DNA of 61,378 nt, counting the filler, from Blastocystis sp. subtype 4 (Eukaryota), in NCBI RefSeq assembly GCF_000743755.1. It is 2 parts of 2 records of this genome, joined end to end, with 100 filler letters (N's around TTAATTAATTAA, not from the genome) between each part and the next. Parts side by side here need not be neighbours in the genome. Positions count along the whole stretch, not along the records: positions 30,811 to 61,378 come from NW_014569431.1; 1 more part is not named here. One strand, 5' to 3'. Positions within the stretch are counted from its first letter, which is position 1, and each line of letters opens with the position of its first letter. Below, piece by piece: positions 42,011 through 55,242 of this stretch. The position numbers and the translations under genes are program-made. The notes beneath the pieces are model-generated. The model made no database searches. It saw only the letters and a list, made by a program, of their open reading frames with translations, and was not told where the DNA came from.

Positions 42011-43724
42011 TTACACACTTAATCTTGTCTTCCCTGAATTCATTCGCTGAAAGTGTTCTTGTTTGGTTTTCTAATATTCAGATAAGTTGTATGAACCTAC
42101 ATTAAACTGAGTCATGAAATAAATTGCAATCAGAACTGCCATGACACCAATTACTAACCCAATAATCGCCAATGATAAGACAAGCGTTGCAGGATCAAAA
42201 GCACTACAAACACTATTTCTACAGCGGAGGTCTGACTTGCAGTCGTCTTTACTCTGACAAGCCAATCCTTCACCACACTTCACCGAACATACTCCACCAC
42301 AATCTACATCACTTTCGTCAGCTTCTTTTTTCCCGTCAAAGCATTTCCAGCTATCCGTAGTCGTTTGCAAAGCGGTTCGCATTAAGCGTATTGAAGTAGT
42401 CTTTATCGAGTTGTTGTCAAAGTGTGGACTTGCTAAGCTGAGAGAATTCAGTTGTTTCATCTTTTCATCTCCCTTTTCCGAGGGAAGGACACAAGAAAGA
42501 TGAATATGAAGAAGGAATGAATCCGTTTCCTGCATCCTCCGCTTAGGACTCTGTGAAGATCCTCGTGACCGTCCCTGAGGTTTAAATAACTGTGACAACT
42601 GTGTATGGAATACTGTCCATTCTCGAATCTGTACTGCAGTGATGGAGATGGATAGTTCACTAGCAACTTGTTGCCGTAATGCTGTTTGGAAAAAGACCAT
42701 GAGATCTTCATCTTCCTCAGCCATTCCTGTGAGTTGCCAGTCGCTGTGAAGAAGCCATTCATCTTGAGTGGCAGTGTCCACAGTCATTTCCTTAGCAGCA
42801 GCACAGTTCGTTCCCATGTAATCAGAATCACATATACACTTTCCAGATACACACGATCCATGACCACTACAAGCCGACTTTTCAAGTTCTCCCTGTGTAT
42901 TCATCATCCATCCAACAGGACAAAGTGACTCTTTCGTGTATATAGATCCATCTGTATTGAGAGTGGTAAATGTTTCATCTACTGAGGACTCGATAGCTGT
43001 TCCTGCCTTCTCTCTTCCGGAGATATACACTTTGTACACAGTCGAAGGAGACAACTGGGAGAAATCGACTGCATATGTGTTCAGGTTATCAACTTCCTTG
43101 AGAGACTGTCCATGTGCCACAATATCATGATAGGACGGTTCTGAAGCGGAGGATGACACAAGCAGAGCAAATAGCTGCGACGGTTTGGAGGTTGTAACCA
43201 CAATCTATGAATGGAATAAATCTTGCTCCCTTACTCTAGCTTCAGTTGAAGTAACCTTCGTCAGTTTTTTGGACAGAATGGATGCCCCATAGTAGTAAAA
43301 TGAGATAGATGGAGGCCCCTGTAGTACTTCTCCCTGCACAGATGTGGTATACTTGGACAGAGTAATTGTAAGTGGGCCAGTCGTTTGAGGAACGAGGAGC
43401 ATCTCATACGAAGAGCTAGACTTTCGAACTAATGAAACCACATGTGTATTGGATGTCTAGAAGTGACTTATCAGTGAAAATGTAGACCAAAATGTAGGAC
43501 TCATCGAATTCCATAACCTCTTCGGAAAACAGTACAGATACTGGAATTGGATTTGTACTGGTCTCAAAATTCTCGTCAGATTGAAGCACAGCCGTTAAGG
43601 CATTGTTCTCTACCAATGAGTATCGAACAACAGAAATACTATAGGATTCTGAGATATGATATTCATTAGCACATATAAATGAAGGTAATAACAACAGAAG
43701 CGAGATGATGTATCTGTTCTTCAT
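42011..43724 (-). CDS. Type I membrane protein (signal peptide, Ig/FN3-like, EGF, Cys-rich module, TM)
   Basis: MKNRYIISLLLLLPSFICA; LSPSTVYKVYI; CSGHGSCVSGKCICDSDYMGTNC; CFDGKKEADESDVDCGGVC; TM LVLSLAIIGLVIGVMAVLIAIYF. Confidence 0.8.
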
Positions 43725-43890
43725 AGCCTGGGAAAGAGTGTGCTGGTTTCACCTGCTTAAAGGATGGGATTAAGTGGAGAAGACGAAGCATATCCATTTC
43801 TCGAGGGATACATTTGATTTCACTCGTATCCGCTTGCAACTACTTCGAATATCCATATTCTTAAACGAAACATCCAAATACTATAACATA

Positions 43891-45555
43891 ATGAATTCCG
43901 TTATAAAGGTTGTTGAACCACAACGTGACGTGTTTGTTGTAGACAACCCGACAAGTCGATTGTCTGATGAAATTGACCATTTTAAGGAATTGGAATCCAG
44001 TGTATTGGATTTGATCTTTTGTTTATCTAGAATGTTGCAAAATCTTTAAGCCTTATTATTTCTGAGATTCTTGATGAGCCTGTATCTGATAATCTTCTTG
44101 AGGCCCTTCATGATGGAACGGTATGTTGGTTCGTACTTAGTTTAATATAGATTCTCTGTAGAATAATTGAGAAATGCGCTCCTCGAGTGAAGTTAGGAAA
44201 ATGGCACAGGAATCCAAGTTTGCTTCTTCCTTTTCTTTTAGTTAGATCATATTGTTGCCTTTGAAACTGAAAACATATTCTTCTTTTGCCAGGCGTGTCT
44301 TGCTTTGGGTGTTCATCAGAGCAGTCTCATTAACTATAACGTGTTTGTAAATTCTGATGTATGGATTGACTTGTCTTTGAACAGTAGATACCAAGGTTGG
44401 TGAATTGTTTGATTCATCTCTTTAAAGTACTATATTTGGACAATCAAAGTGTTTCTGTGGGAGATGTAGTGATGGATGATATGCGTATTGTTTGGATTAT
44501 CTCTTGATTGTAGTTGTTGCTACTGGAACGATCACGGAGTTGGATTGTGAGGAAGTGAGTCGATTACAACCAAAAATTGAATCTATCAATGTGAGAGAAT
44601 CTGTTAAAACTGAAGAACCTAATAAATCTGTTATTACTGAAGATCCTGTCGAGTCTAGTACAGTTGAAGAACCCAAGGAACCTGGTATTGCTGAAGAGCC
44701 TATTGACCCTGCTACAACTGAGGGACCTAGTGAGACTGCTAACTCTATTGACATTATAACCCTGCTCAATTCTATCTTATTGAAAGACCTTATCGAGCCA
44801 CCAGATCTCACAAAAGAAAACGAAGCATTCATTATAGAGGTGGAGCAAGATGAGAAGGCCTATCTTGAAGCGATTCGTAAACAACAGGAAATAGCAGCAA
44901 AACAATATGAAAAAGAACGAAAGGAGCGTGAGGCGTGGTTTAAGAAGATTCAAAGAGAGAATGATCTGCTATCAAGTGATGAAGAGGAATTCGCAAAAGC
45001 AGAGGAAGAAGAAAATAAACGATATACCCAGTATGTTGAGTATCTGGAGAAAGAAAGAAAGGAAATTGTGAATCAACCAAAAGACGAACAGAATCGTACC
45101 ATTGAAAGAATTCGCTCAACAGTTCAGCAATATACGGAAGAAGGACTACGGAGGAAGAAGAGAGGCAATGAATGCACCCAACTCATTCGTAATCGTCTAA
45201 ATGAACAGGACAGACGGGAGAAGGAGCAAAAGGAAAAGTTGAAACGAGAACGAGAAGAGTTCCAGAGACAACTAAAGGCGAAGGATGAACAAAAGAAGCA
45301 AGAAGAACTTGCAAAACGAAAGAAGGAGGAAGAAGAACGGAAAAAACGTCTACGGCGCATGCAAGAGAAGCAAGAAGAAGAGAAGAGAAAGAAGGAAGAA
45401 AAGAAACGGCTTTGGGAAGAGGAAAAGAAACGTCTAGATGAGTTGGACCATGGAAAAAGACCACAGGGTTCGCCTCCAAGAAGGACTGTAAGAGTAGTAT
45501 CTAGTACTAATTGTAGACATCTCCGTCTCTGTCACCTGTTATGAAGCGTCATTAA
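43891..45555 (+). CDS. Calponin-homology domain + charged coiled-coil protein
   Basis: LLEALHDGT..LCRII, ENIFFFCQACLALGV (CH domain); long E/K/R-rich helix 44850-45450. Confidence 0.7.
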
Positions 45556-45719
45556 ACTATATACTTTTAGCGTGTGCTGTGTGTGATAATTGTTTTCAAA
45601 GGAATGAGATGGGGTAATATTTTATATCCGTGTTTGTTTATTAATATTCTCTATTCATCCCCTTGGTGATTTCTTTGTCCCTTTTCGTTTCATAGATTAT
45701 CAAAGTCAACAAGTTGATA

Positions 45720-45971
45720 ATGGTAAGTGCCATTTTTGAAATTCATTTGATTTTTCTAACCCATTCAATAGCCTTCTCAGAAGTCTTTCCGCACTAAGAG
45801 AATTCTCGCCAAGAAGATGAGACAGAACCGTCCTCTGCCTCAGTGGTTCCGTCTTCGTACTGGAAACACCATCAGGTATGAGTTATAATGGAGCCTCGTT
45901 CCTCTCTCTAACTGTGTTGTAGATACAATGCTAAGCGTCGTCATTGGAAGCGTACTAAGCTGAACATCTAA
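45720..45971 (+). CDS. RPL39: 60S ribosomal protein L39 (eL39)
   Basis: [51 protein letters not shown], two introns. Confidence 0.97.
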
Positions 45972-46159
45972 GGTGTATACGTGCCCAGGTTGACAGAGAC
46001 TGCCCTTGTTATCATTGTTGACTCTTCACTAATGTTTGTTATATCACCTTCCTATCGGTCATAGAAGGAGATGGGAAACAAATGGACACAGTATAGAAGA
46101 AAACCAATAATAGCCACTTCTTTTGTCCAATGATGAATGTTCTCAATTAAACGAAGTAC

Positions 46160-47508
46160 ATGGTTTCGGTGTTTGTGCGACTTACAACAGCTGAAAAGAT
46201 TGTATTTGAAGTCGATCTACAGTCAACTGTGAAGGAACTAAAGGATTTGATCTCACAAAGGCAGTCGGTTGAAAGCGATCTGATTACATTGGTTTTCAAA
46301 GGAAAGATATTGAAAGATGATGCCATTCTGGAGGATTGTGGTTTGTTTTCTTCATTCGTCTAATGTCAAGGAATTACTGAAGGAAGTATTGTGCACATGG
46401 TTGTAATGAAGAAGAAAACCCAAACAACACCAAAGGTCAGTGAACCTGTTCAGACTTCTTCCTCCCCTTCTGCATCGGTTTCTTTTTGTATCTGATGTTT
46501 ACATATAGCCCTCACGTCCAGAACCAGTGTCATCATCAACATCATCGGAAACAAACTCACAACATCCTTACTCTTTCATGTCAATGTCTGGGGAGTGGCC
46601 TTCAATTGATGCAGGTACAGCTAAAGGAGCTAACGATGCAATGAGAAAGATGATGACGGAAAAACCAGAATTGTTCTTATCGTTGTTGAAGATGGACCCT
46701 GGTATGAAGAACGTTCTCGAGAAGAACCCTCAAATGGAAGCTATGCTGCATGATCCTGCCACCATTGACCAACTCGTGGAGATGATGACGGATCCTGAAG
46801 CTATGAAGGCGGCTCAGCGTCAGACAGATAACGCTCTGAATGAAATCGGAGAGATTCCTGGAGGTGAAGCGATGTTGGAACGTGTGATGAGTCAGTACTA
46901 CGAACCACTTGAAAGGGAGAAGGAACGGAGAGGACTGGCCAACAAAGGGAGTGTAGATCCTGCTATGGCACAGCAGGCAACCATCCCAAACCTGTGGGAC
47001 AACCACCCTTCACCGGCTATGAAGCCGTCTTCATCCCCTGGGAGTCCTGCAGGAATGAGAGGTAGTTCTATAGATGATATGAAGAATCTAAACTTCGTGA
47101 ATCATATGGTGGAAACGAATCCTGAATTGATGATTGAAGTAGGTGAGAAAGTGTTGAGTGAACGGTAGCTACTGAAAGTCTCTCCGATGTATGAAAGCTT
47201 GGTGAAGACGAACCCGCAGTTGGCCTCTATGCTGAATGATCCCCAATTCCTCAAGCAGATGTTCACAAAGGAGAATCTCCAGTTTGTGCAGCAGTTGCAA
47301 CCCCCTAGCAATTATTTCCCGATGGACGGATTTGGAATGGGAACCCACCATATTGTAGAGAATCTTAGTCCGAGTGATATTCGTGTTCGATACCCAAATG
47401 CGATCCAACAGATGGAGGACATGGGATTTACTGTCGATGATCATGTACTACAGGTTTTACACCAGTTTCAGGGAGATGTTCAAAGGACCATAGATTTCTT
47501 AATGGGAT
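46160..47508 (+). CDS. Ubiquilin/Dsk2-like (UBL-STI1-UBA)
   Basis: UBL (TVKELKDLI..LVFKGKILKD), STI1 (NPQMEAMLHDP, IGEIPGG), UBA RYPNAIQQMEDMGF...IDFLMG; GGA-T|GGCG-TGTTTGTT poly(A) stop. Confidence 0.9.
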
Positions 47509-48273
47509 GGCGTGTTTGTTTCAGACGGAATTCTTAACTCTTCTTCTTGTTCTTTCTATTGGAAGTGCTCGTGAATGTGACCTGTACTCTTGAAGACTCA
47601 TTTATAGGGTGCGGTTCGTATAATGGAGGAAATAGTACCTGCTTGTTTGAAAAATGATTTATAGGTACTCTTTCTTACCAGAATCTCCAACTGTTTTCAG
47701 ATGGGACCCAAATTACTTCGTTCAAGTTACAGACACTGATGTATTCTGATCCAGAATATAAATCGTTTCTTCTCGGATGGACCTATCATTACTATCCTGA
47801 GTCTTCCTTTTCTATATCGGAGGATGCGATCGAAGGAAAATCCATCATCCAGCATGTCTATGGAATCTATGGCTCAATGTACGCCAACTCGTTGAAATGT
47901 TCAACAGACTGGTCTGTTATGAGTGAACTAGATGTTTCGTATGGTATTTATTCCATGTGTTATTGATAGATCGATGTCTTGTACTCTTGATGGTTCTGAT
48001 GCTTTTGCGTCGCTTAAACCATATCTTGGGAAGGAAGAAACTATTAAGATTGAAGCAACAGAAACAGGAATTCGTTTTGATTCGAAAGACTTTGTGAAAC
48101 TTAGTGATGAAGGCTGTGATGGGGGTGATATCGCTCCGTCCTCAACCAACTGGGTTCTGATTGTGTCTGTCATTGTTATAGTGATTCTTCTTGTGATTAT
48201 TGTTGTTGTATGTATTGTGAAGAAGCGTTCCAAAACGCTTCCAAAATCAACCACTCCTTCCTCTTTTTGTTGA
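47507..48273 (+). CDS. Small single-pass membrane protein with signal peptide
   Basis: [21 protein letters not shown]; introns 47577-47607 and 47635-47664 join in frame to ORF 47739; [28 protein letters not shown]. Confidence 0.6.
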
Positions 48274-48284
48274 AGAAACACATA

Positions 48285-49726
48285 TATGCATAATACATCA
48301 GATTCGCCTTCTTTCGAGCAGCTACCTGACTAATGCCCTCCATAAAATCTTCATGCTCAATCGAAGAGGCGCCTCTTCTCAGAGCCAGCATACCTGCCTC
48401 CACACACACAGCACGCAACATGGCTCCCGAGAAATCTTCTGTGCACCGAGCAATCTCTTCAAAGTTGATGCCTACACTCAATATGCCTCTGTTCACCTAC
48501 TCTCCTTGTTCAATACCAATTTACGACTATGGATTTGTAGAATCTTCACACGAGCCTCCTCGTTAGGATTTGGTAGCTCTACCTTCCGATCAAAACGACC
48601 TGATCGGAGCAAGGCAGGATCCAGAATATCAGGTCGATTGGTAGCAGCAATCACCTTAATACGACTATCACTACTGAATCCATCCATTGCATTCAGCAAC
48701 TCTAACAGGGTTCGCTGTAACTCATGGCTTCCTTCTCCATCACCGCTTCGTTTTAAACCAATAGCATCAAGCTAGTCATGAAACTCCCTTATCAATCTCA
48801 CCTCATCAATAAAAATAATACTACCACGTGCTCCTGTCTCCTCAATCTTCTTCTTTGCTAGCGAGAAACAGTCTCGTACAATCTATATGTCATTTAACTC
48901 AGAAACACATACACGGGCTCCCTCGCCGATATGAGTCTGGCCAAGAATCGTGGCTGACAACTTGATAAATGCAGCATCAGTCTGTTTAGCACAAGCACGA
49001 GCCAGAAGCGTCTTTCCAGTACCCGGAGGACCATAAAGTAGAATACCCTTAGGAGCCTTGATTCCAAGCTGCTGGAACAGTTCAGGATGTGTAAGAGGTA
49101 ATACCACGGCTTCTTGTAATTCTTGGATCTGTTTATCCAAGCCTCCAATATCCGAATAATCATCTGTTGGCTTCTCATCTAGTAACATCGACTTTACTCG
49201 CTTGTCATATTCTGTAGGCAACAGTTGATAAAGCATGCATGTATCTTTGTTAATACCCACCAAATCTCCGGGGTGCAGTTCTGTTCCATACAACATTCCT
49301 TTATTTGCAACGAAGACTTTCTAGATGACAAGAAGACTTCTGACTTTACTTTCTTTTGAATTGTACTCATAATTACACCTTCTTCAAATTCTTGTTTCTC
49401 CACGGGCTTTGCCAAGTTGTCATCATCTTCAACAGGAACACTAATAACCTACCATATAATATCAAATAACAAGTATTTTACTTCGGCTATAGATGCCACA
49501 AGATAAGGAAGACGGATACCTCGATTCAGTTGCTGTTCTAATACCTCTACTTCTTTCCGTTTAGTTTCATGTTGGCGCTTTTGGTCATCAATTAGAGCAA
49601 CTAAAGAACGGTTTTGAGTCTGAATCGTGGCGATCATATCACTGAGTTCCTGGTTACTCATTCTTCTCAGTTCATCTTCATCTATGCATGATGAGAGAGC
49701 GAAAAAGACAGACTAGGGATTGACAT
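48285..49726 (-). CDS. RPT5: 26S proteasome AAA ATPase Rpt5 (subunit 6A), divergent
   Basis: [74 protein letters not shown]. Confidence 0.9.
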
Positions 49727-49830
49727 CTTCTATTGTACACTTTTGATGAATTGCCTTAAAAGTGGAAAATCCCCGTAATCATCGATGTCTCAGAGAAAGC
49801 GTTTTACAACAAAGAAATGAGAGTACAGAA

Positions 49831-51881
49831 TCAAGCTCCTTGAATACTAACAAGAGAAGGGATTGCTGGATAGCACATGGTGTAGCGCAGGTTCTTCTGG
49901 AAGCCATGAGAATTGGGATAGTAATTCTGATGTGGATTCATCTTCCGTGTCTTCTTCGTTGGAAGTGAAATCTCCTCATGCGTTGTCATATTATGACTTG
50001 ACTAAATGTGATTCAAACCATTAGCCTCTACAAGACCAACATGATAGAATACAAGATTCATCATAGGAGCGAACAGACCAAGACAAAACACCAAGTATAT
50101 GATCTGAGACCAACTCTGTAGGATAAAATCAATCAGACTGAAGACTGTCTATTGATAAAAGTCGACTTCCAGAAATACTTCTTTGAGCATGACAATGAGA
50201 AGAGATGTAAAGAAGTAGGCTAATTCACCAATTCCAAAGAGACAACAAAGTTCACTTGTGATAAGGAACCACATGAAGTATTTGTGATTACGCAGCCCTA
50301 CACAATTCGAGACCCAAGGACAATGATGGTCAAAGTTACGGACACAGCTAGGAGTGAGAGAGAGAGATAACTGGTACACATCACAGAAGCGGCAATGATA
50401 AGCACGAGGAGGTGTATAGATGTGACAGAATGTACACCGTTTGACAGGACAGAGATGATCGTTGTGTCTACAGAGATATGACTGTTGGTGAGGGCGAGAT
50501 GAAGGGGTCGATGGAGTCGAAGCTACTGGAGCTGTTGGAGTAGGAGGGATATCTGATACTGTCTGTGTCTGTATCTTTGTTTCCACTGTTCCATCTGTTG
50601 TAGAAGGAGCTTGTACTGAAGTAGTCACAGTGGACAATCCAGAAGTAGCTTTTGTTGCAGTAACAACCGACTCTGTGGATGCTTCAGCATCTGATGCAAT
50701 CATATCAGCATTTTCATTATCCCTCTTCTCTACAGTCACTTCATTCTCCTCCTCAGAGAGAGGATATGAATCAAAACAATCAGATATCCGAGTGAATTCT
50801 GTGTGAGCATCATCATCCATACAATAGACATTGCGAATCTCATCATAACGAGGGATCCGCTGACACACCTCCCGAACCAGCTGCTGACGGAGTGACTAAC
50901 AACAAATAGAAAATGTATGCCTACCTCCATCTCCACAACATCAGTTAGGCCTTGAACCCCACACAGCATCTCAAATGGTTCCCTTAACTATTTTAATAAA
51001 GTACTCTCAACCCATACATTCTCATAAGCACAATAATGAATTGCTTTCAAACCATACGCATCGTGAATGGTAAGATCCGGATGATAAGTGAGTAAAAGAC
51101 GAACCATCTTCACATAAACCATTAAACAAACTCCTACATCAGGCTTGTTCATTTGAGCAGCTACATGCATTAAAGTTTTGCCCTCTATATTCTGTTCATT
51201 AATCTACTAGTCAGATTAACATAGAAAGCACAGTACCAAACCAGGGAGAACCCCCAGTGTCCTCGAAATGTACTCCTCTTTAGAGTTCTTAATAGACACC
51301 ATAAGACCCCCAACTCTCCGCTGATCTAAGATTTACAATTCCACGTAACATCAACCTAGTGTAACTTCTGGAAGAGTCTCATCAGTAGAGGTTGGATCCT
51401 TCATAATGATTCCAGGCTCTGTCAGCCATGTTCTCAACAAGAAATAAAGAGATCTATCCATAAATGAAATGAAATACACATACAAAACATTTAGCACTAT
51501 CAAAATGACGACTAAATACCAATTTGTGTATTTTCTATCTCTTATATTCCATAATCAATGATACATAAGGCTAGGAATGCCAAAACAGAGAAGAATTAGA
51601 AGAGGGAGTACATTCTATCATTCAGGTAGCCCAAGACACATCTTACTAAGAGTAACGAATAGTAAACTGACTTATCCCCCGATTGATTGAATAGCAGACG
51701 ACCATGACATTTCACCGTGAAATTCCCAATAAGGTCCACGTAGGGGTTTTCCTTCTTTGTCATTCGTAATTGGGTATTCTATTAAACGACTATTACGAAT
51801 AGCAGTAATCCTACCAATTGATACGTTTCCATAATACAGGTCATTTTTTTCATTAGCGAAGTAGTGTTTATAAACAAGCAT
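49831..51881 (-). CDS. DHHC palmitoyltransferase with internal ankyrin repeats
   Basis: WLTEPGII, ankyrin GKTLMHVAAQMNKPD/DAYGLKAIHYCA, CTFCHIYTPPRAYHCRFCD..CVRNFDHHCPWVSNCVGLRNHKYF, TTHE; start tentative. Confidence 0.85.
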
Positions 51882-51888
51882 TCGAACC

Positions 51889-54800
51889 TCATTTCTTTGA
51901 TTTCGACCCTTCCGGAAGAATTGCCTTCGAATTATTCAAAATGATGGCGCTGAGGTCCTCAATAGGCAATTGCTTAATCGCACGTTTCTCTCCCTCTGTT
52001 GACTTCAGATGCAGCCACATCTCTACCACACTCTTCGCTATTGCACCCTTCTTCATCCTTCCATTCGTTAACTTCACTCGATATCCATATTCTGCAATTG
52101 CCATATATGGAGCACACACTGGAATAGCATGAAGAATCACATCACCCTCGCGAGGCATATACGTCCAGTCCAGAAGGAAATCAGCAGTATCACGTTGCTC
52201 ACGTTCAGATGCCACTGCTTCTTCTTTGTCTTCCTCTTCTTCCTTTTCCTTGTTGGCATTATCCTCCTTCTCTACAAATCCATCTTCAATACCTTCAATC
52301 ACTCGCCAGCTCTCAGGGCAATGTCGTTGATCATGCTCCTTGCTTCCACAAGTATAACAGAAAGTATCATCCTCGGTCACTTCCTTCTCCGCCTTGATTA
52401 GATCCTGCAGAAGCAGTTCTGCAGGATCCATTGTCGTTTCATCTACTGTCAGGGGTTCGACAACAGAAACTTCCTTAGGCTTGATATCCTTCAGAATGGA
52501 ATCTAGTGAGGCATGACCGTACAGCACCTCCAACAATTTTCGTTCTTCTTCATCCTTACCCTCATACTTCTTTGCTTTCTTTTGCTTACGACGTTCACTT
52601 CGAGTCGGTTCCTTCGATCGTGACTTCAATTTATTCTCTTCTTCGGCTGCTAAGGCCTCCATCTCCGCCCTCTCTTCTGCTGCTGCACGAGACTTCTTGG
52701 TTGTTCCCTTCAGCGACTTCTTAGAGGCCTTTCCATCCACTTTGCGACTTTGCTGGACTCGCACTACAGGCTTGGTCTTCTTCGATGTCTTTGTCACAGT
52801 ATCCATCACCTCAATAGAATACTCCTCGTCCTCCACACCATCGTCCTCTACCAATTGATCTACTGCTGTCTCCACACCACTCACACATCCCTTCGCAAGT
52901 ACTTCATCCCACTCCTCATTACTCAGATCACGTCGACGGCGTTCATAACGATGTGCAGCCATACTCTCTTCCGATACCTGGAATAGAAGACATAAACCCA
53001 TTTCCAGTCTAAATGGAGTCATATAATTCTTTTTACCGCGAATCATGAAACTACCTGTAGGTAAATACTCTCCCGTAGGAGCTGTTTTGCTGACTTGTTG
53101 AGCATTCACCCAATATACCTTATTGATCAGGTTGTTATCCCAGCTCACGCTGTGACACAAACTGAAGACTGCAGCTTGCTGTAAGGACAGCAACGAGACT
53201 GCACAGTGAGGACAGGTTTCGATGCTCTGTCCCGAGGGAATCGACATATAATTACGAATGATAACAGTAGCTGCACCATGAACATCTGCATGCATCTACA
53301 AATCAGTCCTATTTCTATCCAATACAAAGATATCACCCTTCCGTAGATACTTGCTAACAAGGAGTTCATTCTGTTCTCCACTTCGACCTGCTACCACAAT
53401 ATAATCTTCACTTGTAACAAACCAATCGAACTTCTCAAACCAACGCTTCTGACGACGACGTGCCACCTCGGAGGGTTGTTTACGCTCAGCCACCTTTAGC
53501 TCCTTATCACGCTGTTTGTTTGCTTCTTTGATGGCCTGTTGTGCTGCTAATCGTGTCTTCTCCAGTTTATCCATCAGTTCCTTCTTCTGAGAATACAGCA
53601 ACGCAATGTTATTGTTACAGTTACAGCTCAGATCCACTTCCACTGTGACCCGTGTTGAATGGCGATCATTCTCCTCTTCGCTTTCACTACTTGAATGATC
53701 CTCATTCTCCTCATCTGAATCATCACTTTCCTCATTCTCAAACAGAAGTCGAATTCGATTGTGTTCCAGATCCAAAGCTTGAATGTGATGAAACACGTTA
53801 TACGGCTTCTGCTTAAACATTTTCACTTGCTCTTCTAACACATTCCACTGGATTCCCTGGCTCAGATACTGATTGATTACCACAATAGCAGTATTCACCA
53901 CATCGGGATGATGAAACAAAACACTAATTCGGTGTTCCAATGCACGGATCTCCTCTTGCAATGCTTGTACGCGTGAATCTTGCTTCTCTGCAATTGTTGT
54001 AGCCTTCTTTTCGATTGTCTCACGTGCCTTAGCTAACTTTTGGACCAATTTTACACTCTCCTCGTTTGTATAGTAAGCATCCAGAGCCTCATTGAACGAC
54101 TTGAATTCTACACAACTCTCCTCTCCACTAATCTGAAGCCGGAAAGGACTATAGTCCACATATGGCTCGATAGTCGTGTCAGGGAGTGTTTGGGTCTCCA
54201 GAAGCTTCTGTAATGATGGATCCCGGAGAACAAATCCATGTGGCTCCTTCAACGCATTCTCAACGACACAAGCCTCACCCTGGAGCTGGTTAAGAAGTTC
54301 CTGTTGGAATGCTGGTTCCTGTAACTTATCCATAACGACTGTGGTAGAAGCAGGATCCAGCTGGAGACTACGCAATGCATTCGCTACATAGGCTCCACCA
54401 ATAAGGGCAAACTGATTATTGGTTAGTAAGATATTTCGGATTTGTTTCTCCTTGGATTTCAGTTCGGACCAACGAGAAACAAAGAACTGGATTAGATCAG
54501 AGATCGTTGTGAGAGTCATAGCTGCAATCGATTCAAAAGGACTCTCTTGTTCTACAAATGATCATACTCAAGGATTCTCTACTCGGCTGAACATCATAGC
54601 GTTGCTTAACACCCACAACCGTTCCATCGGCAAGAGAGTACACACGAAGCAAAGCCAGAATCTCAAATTTGTAGTCCGTTAAAATAATATTGCCTCCAGA
54701 ATACAATTCCAGAATAATATGGTAGGTTGTTTCCCCATTGCCAAATACAAGATCAACAACACGATCCTACAATCACACTCGACTTTTCATTATCTACAAA

Positions 54801-55148
54801 ACCAATCTGTCGAACTGCCTCAACGCGTCGATTTCTTATATACTTTCTCAGCTTCAGAGCAAAGCCACTGGGGAAACGGTTTTTGTCATGGAGATAGTTC
54901 GTTGCGTGGATTCTAGAAAATCAATCATACCTAGAACTGCTTGCCTAACACCTGATTCAAGAAGAATATTGTGTTGGATTCCCGACTTCACAGTCTTAAT
55001 GATATACGCCTTTGTAGAAACATCATAACTAGAATCTTAACGCTTGATGCAATCACAACATATTGGTGACTTTGGCCCCTAAAACAGTGGCTTTCAACTC
55101 ATTAACACAAGCCCGTACATCAAGAGCTGTCATACGAGTCTTCGGCAT
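51889..55148 (-). CDS. NEMF: Ribosome quality control subunit NEMF/Rqc2
   Basis: MPKTRMTALDVRACVNEL, WFEKFDWFVTSEDYIVVAGR..EQNELLV, MHADVHGA, QVSKTAPTGEYLPTGSFMIRGKKNY, AIPVCAPY. Confidence 0.96.
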
Positions 55149-55242
55149 TTTGGCAAATCAATTAGTGACAACAAAACAGATGAATAGTACAGATATGCAA
55201 CAGCTCGAAAATAGAAAATGTTGCAACGCTAAAGTCAGGGCT

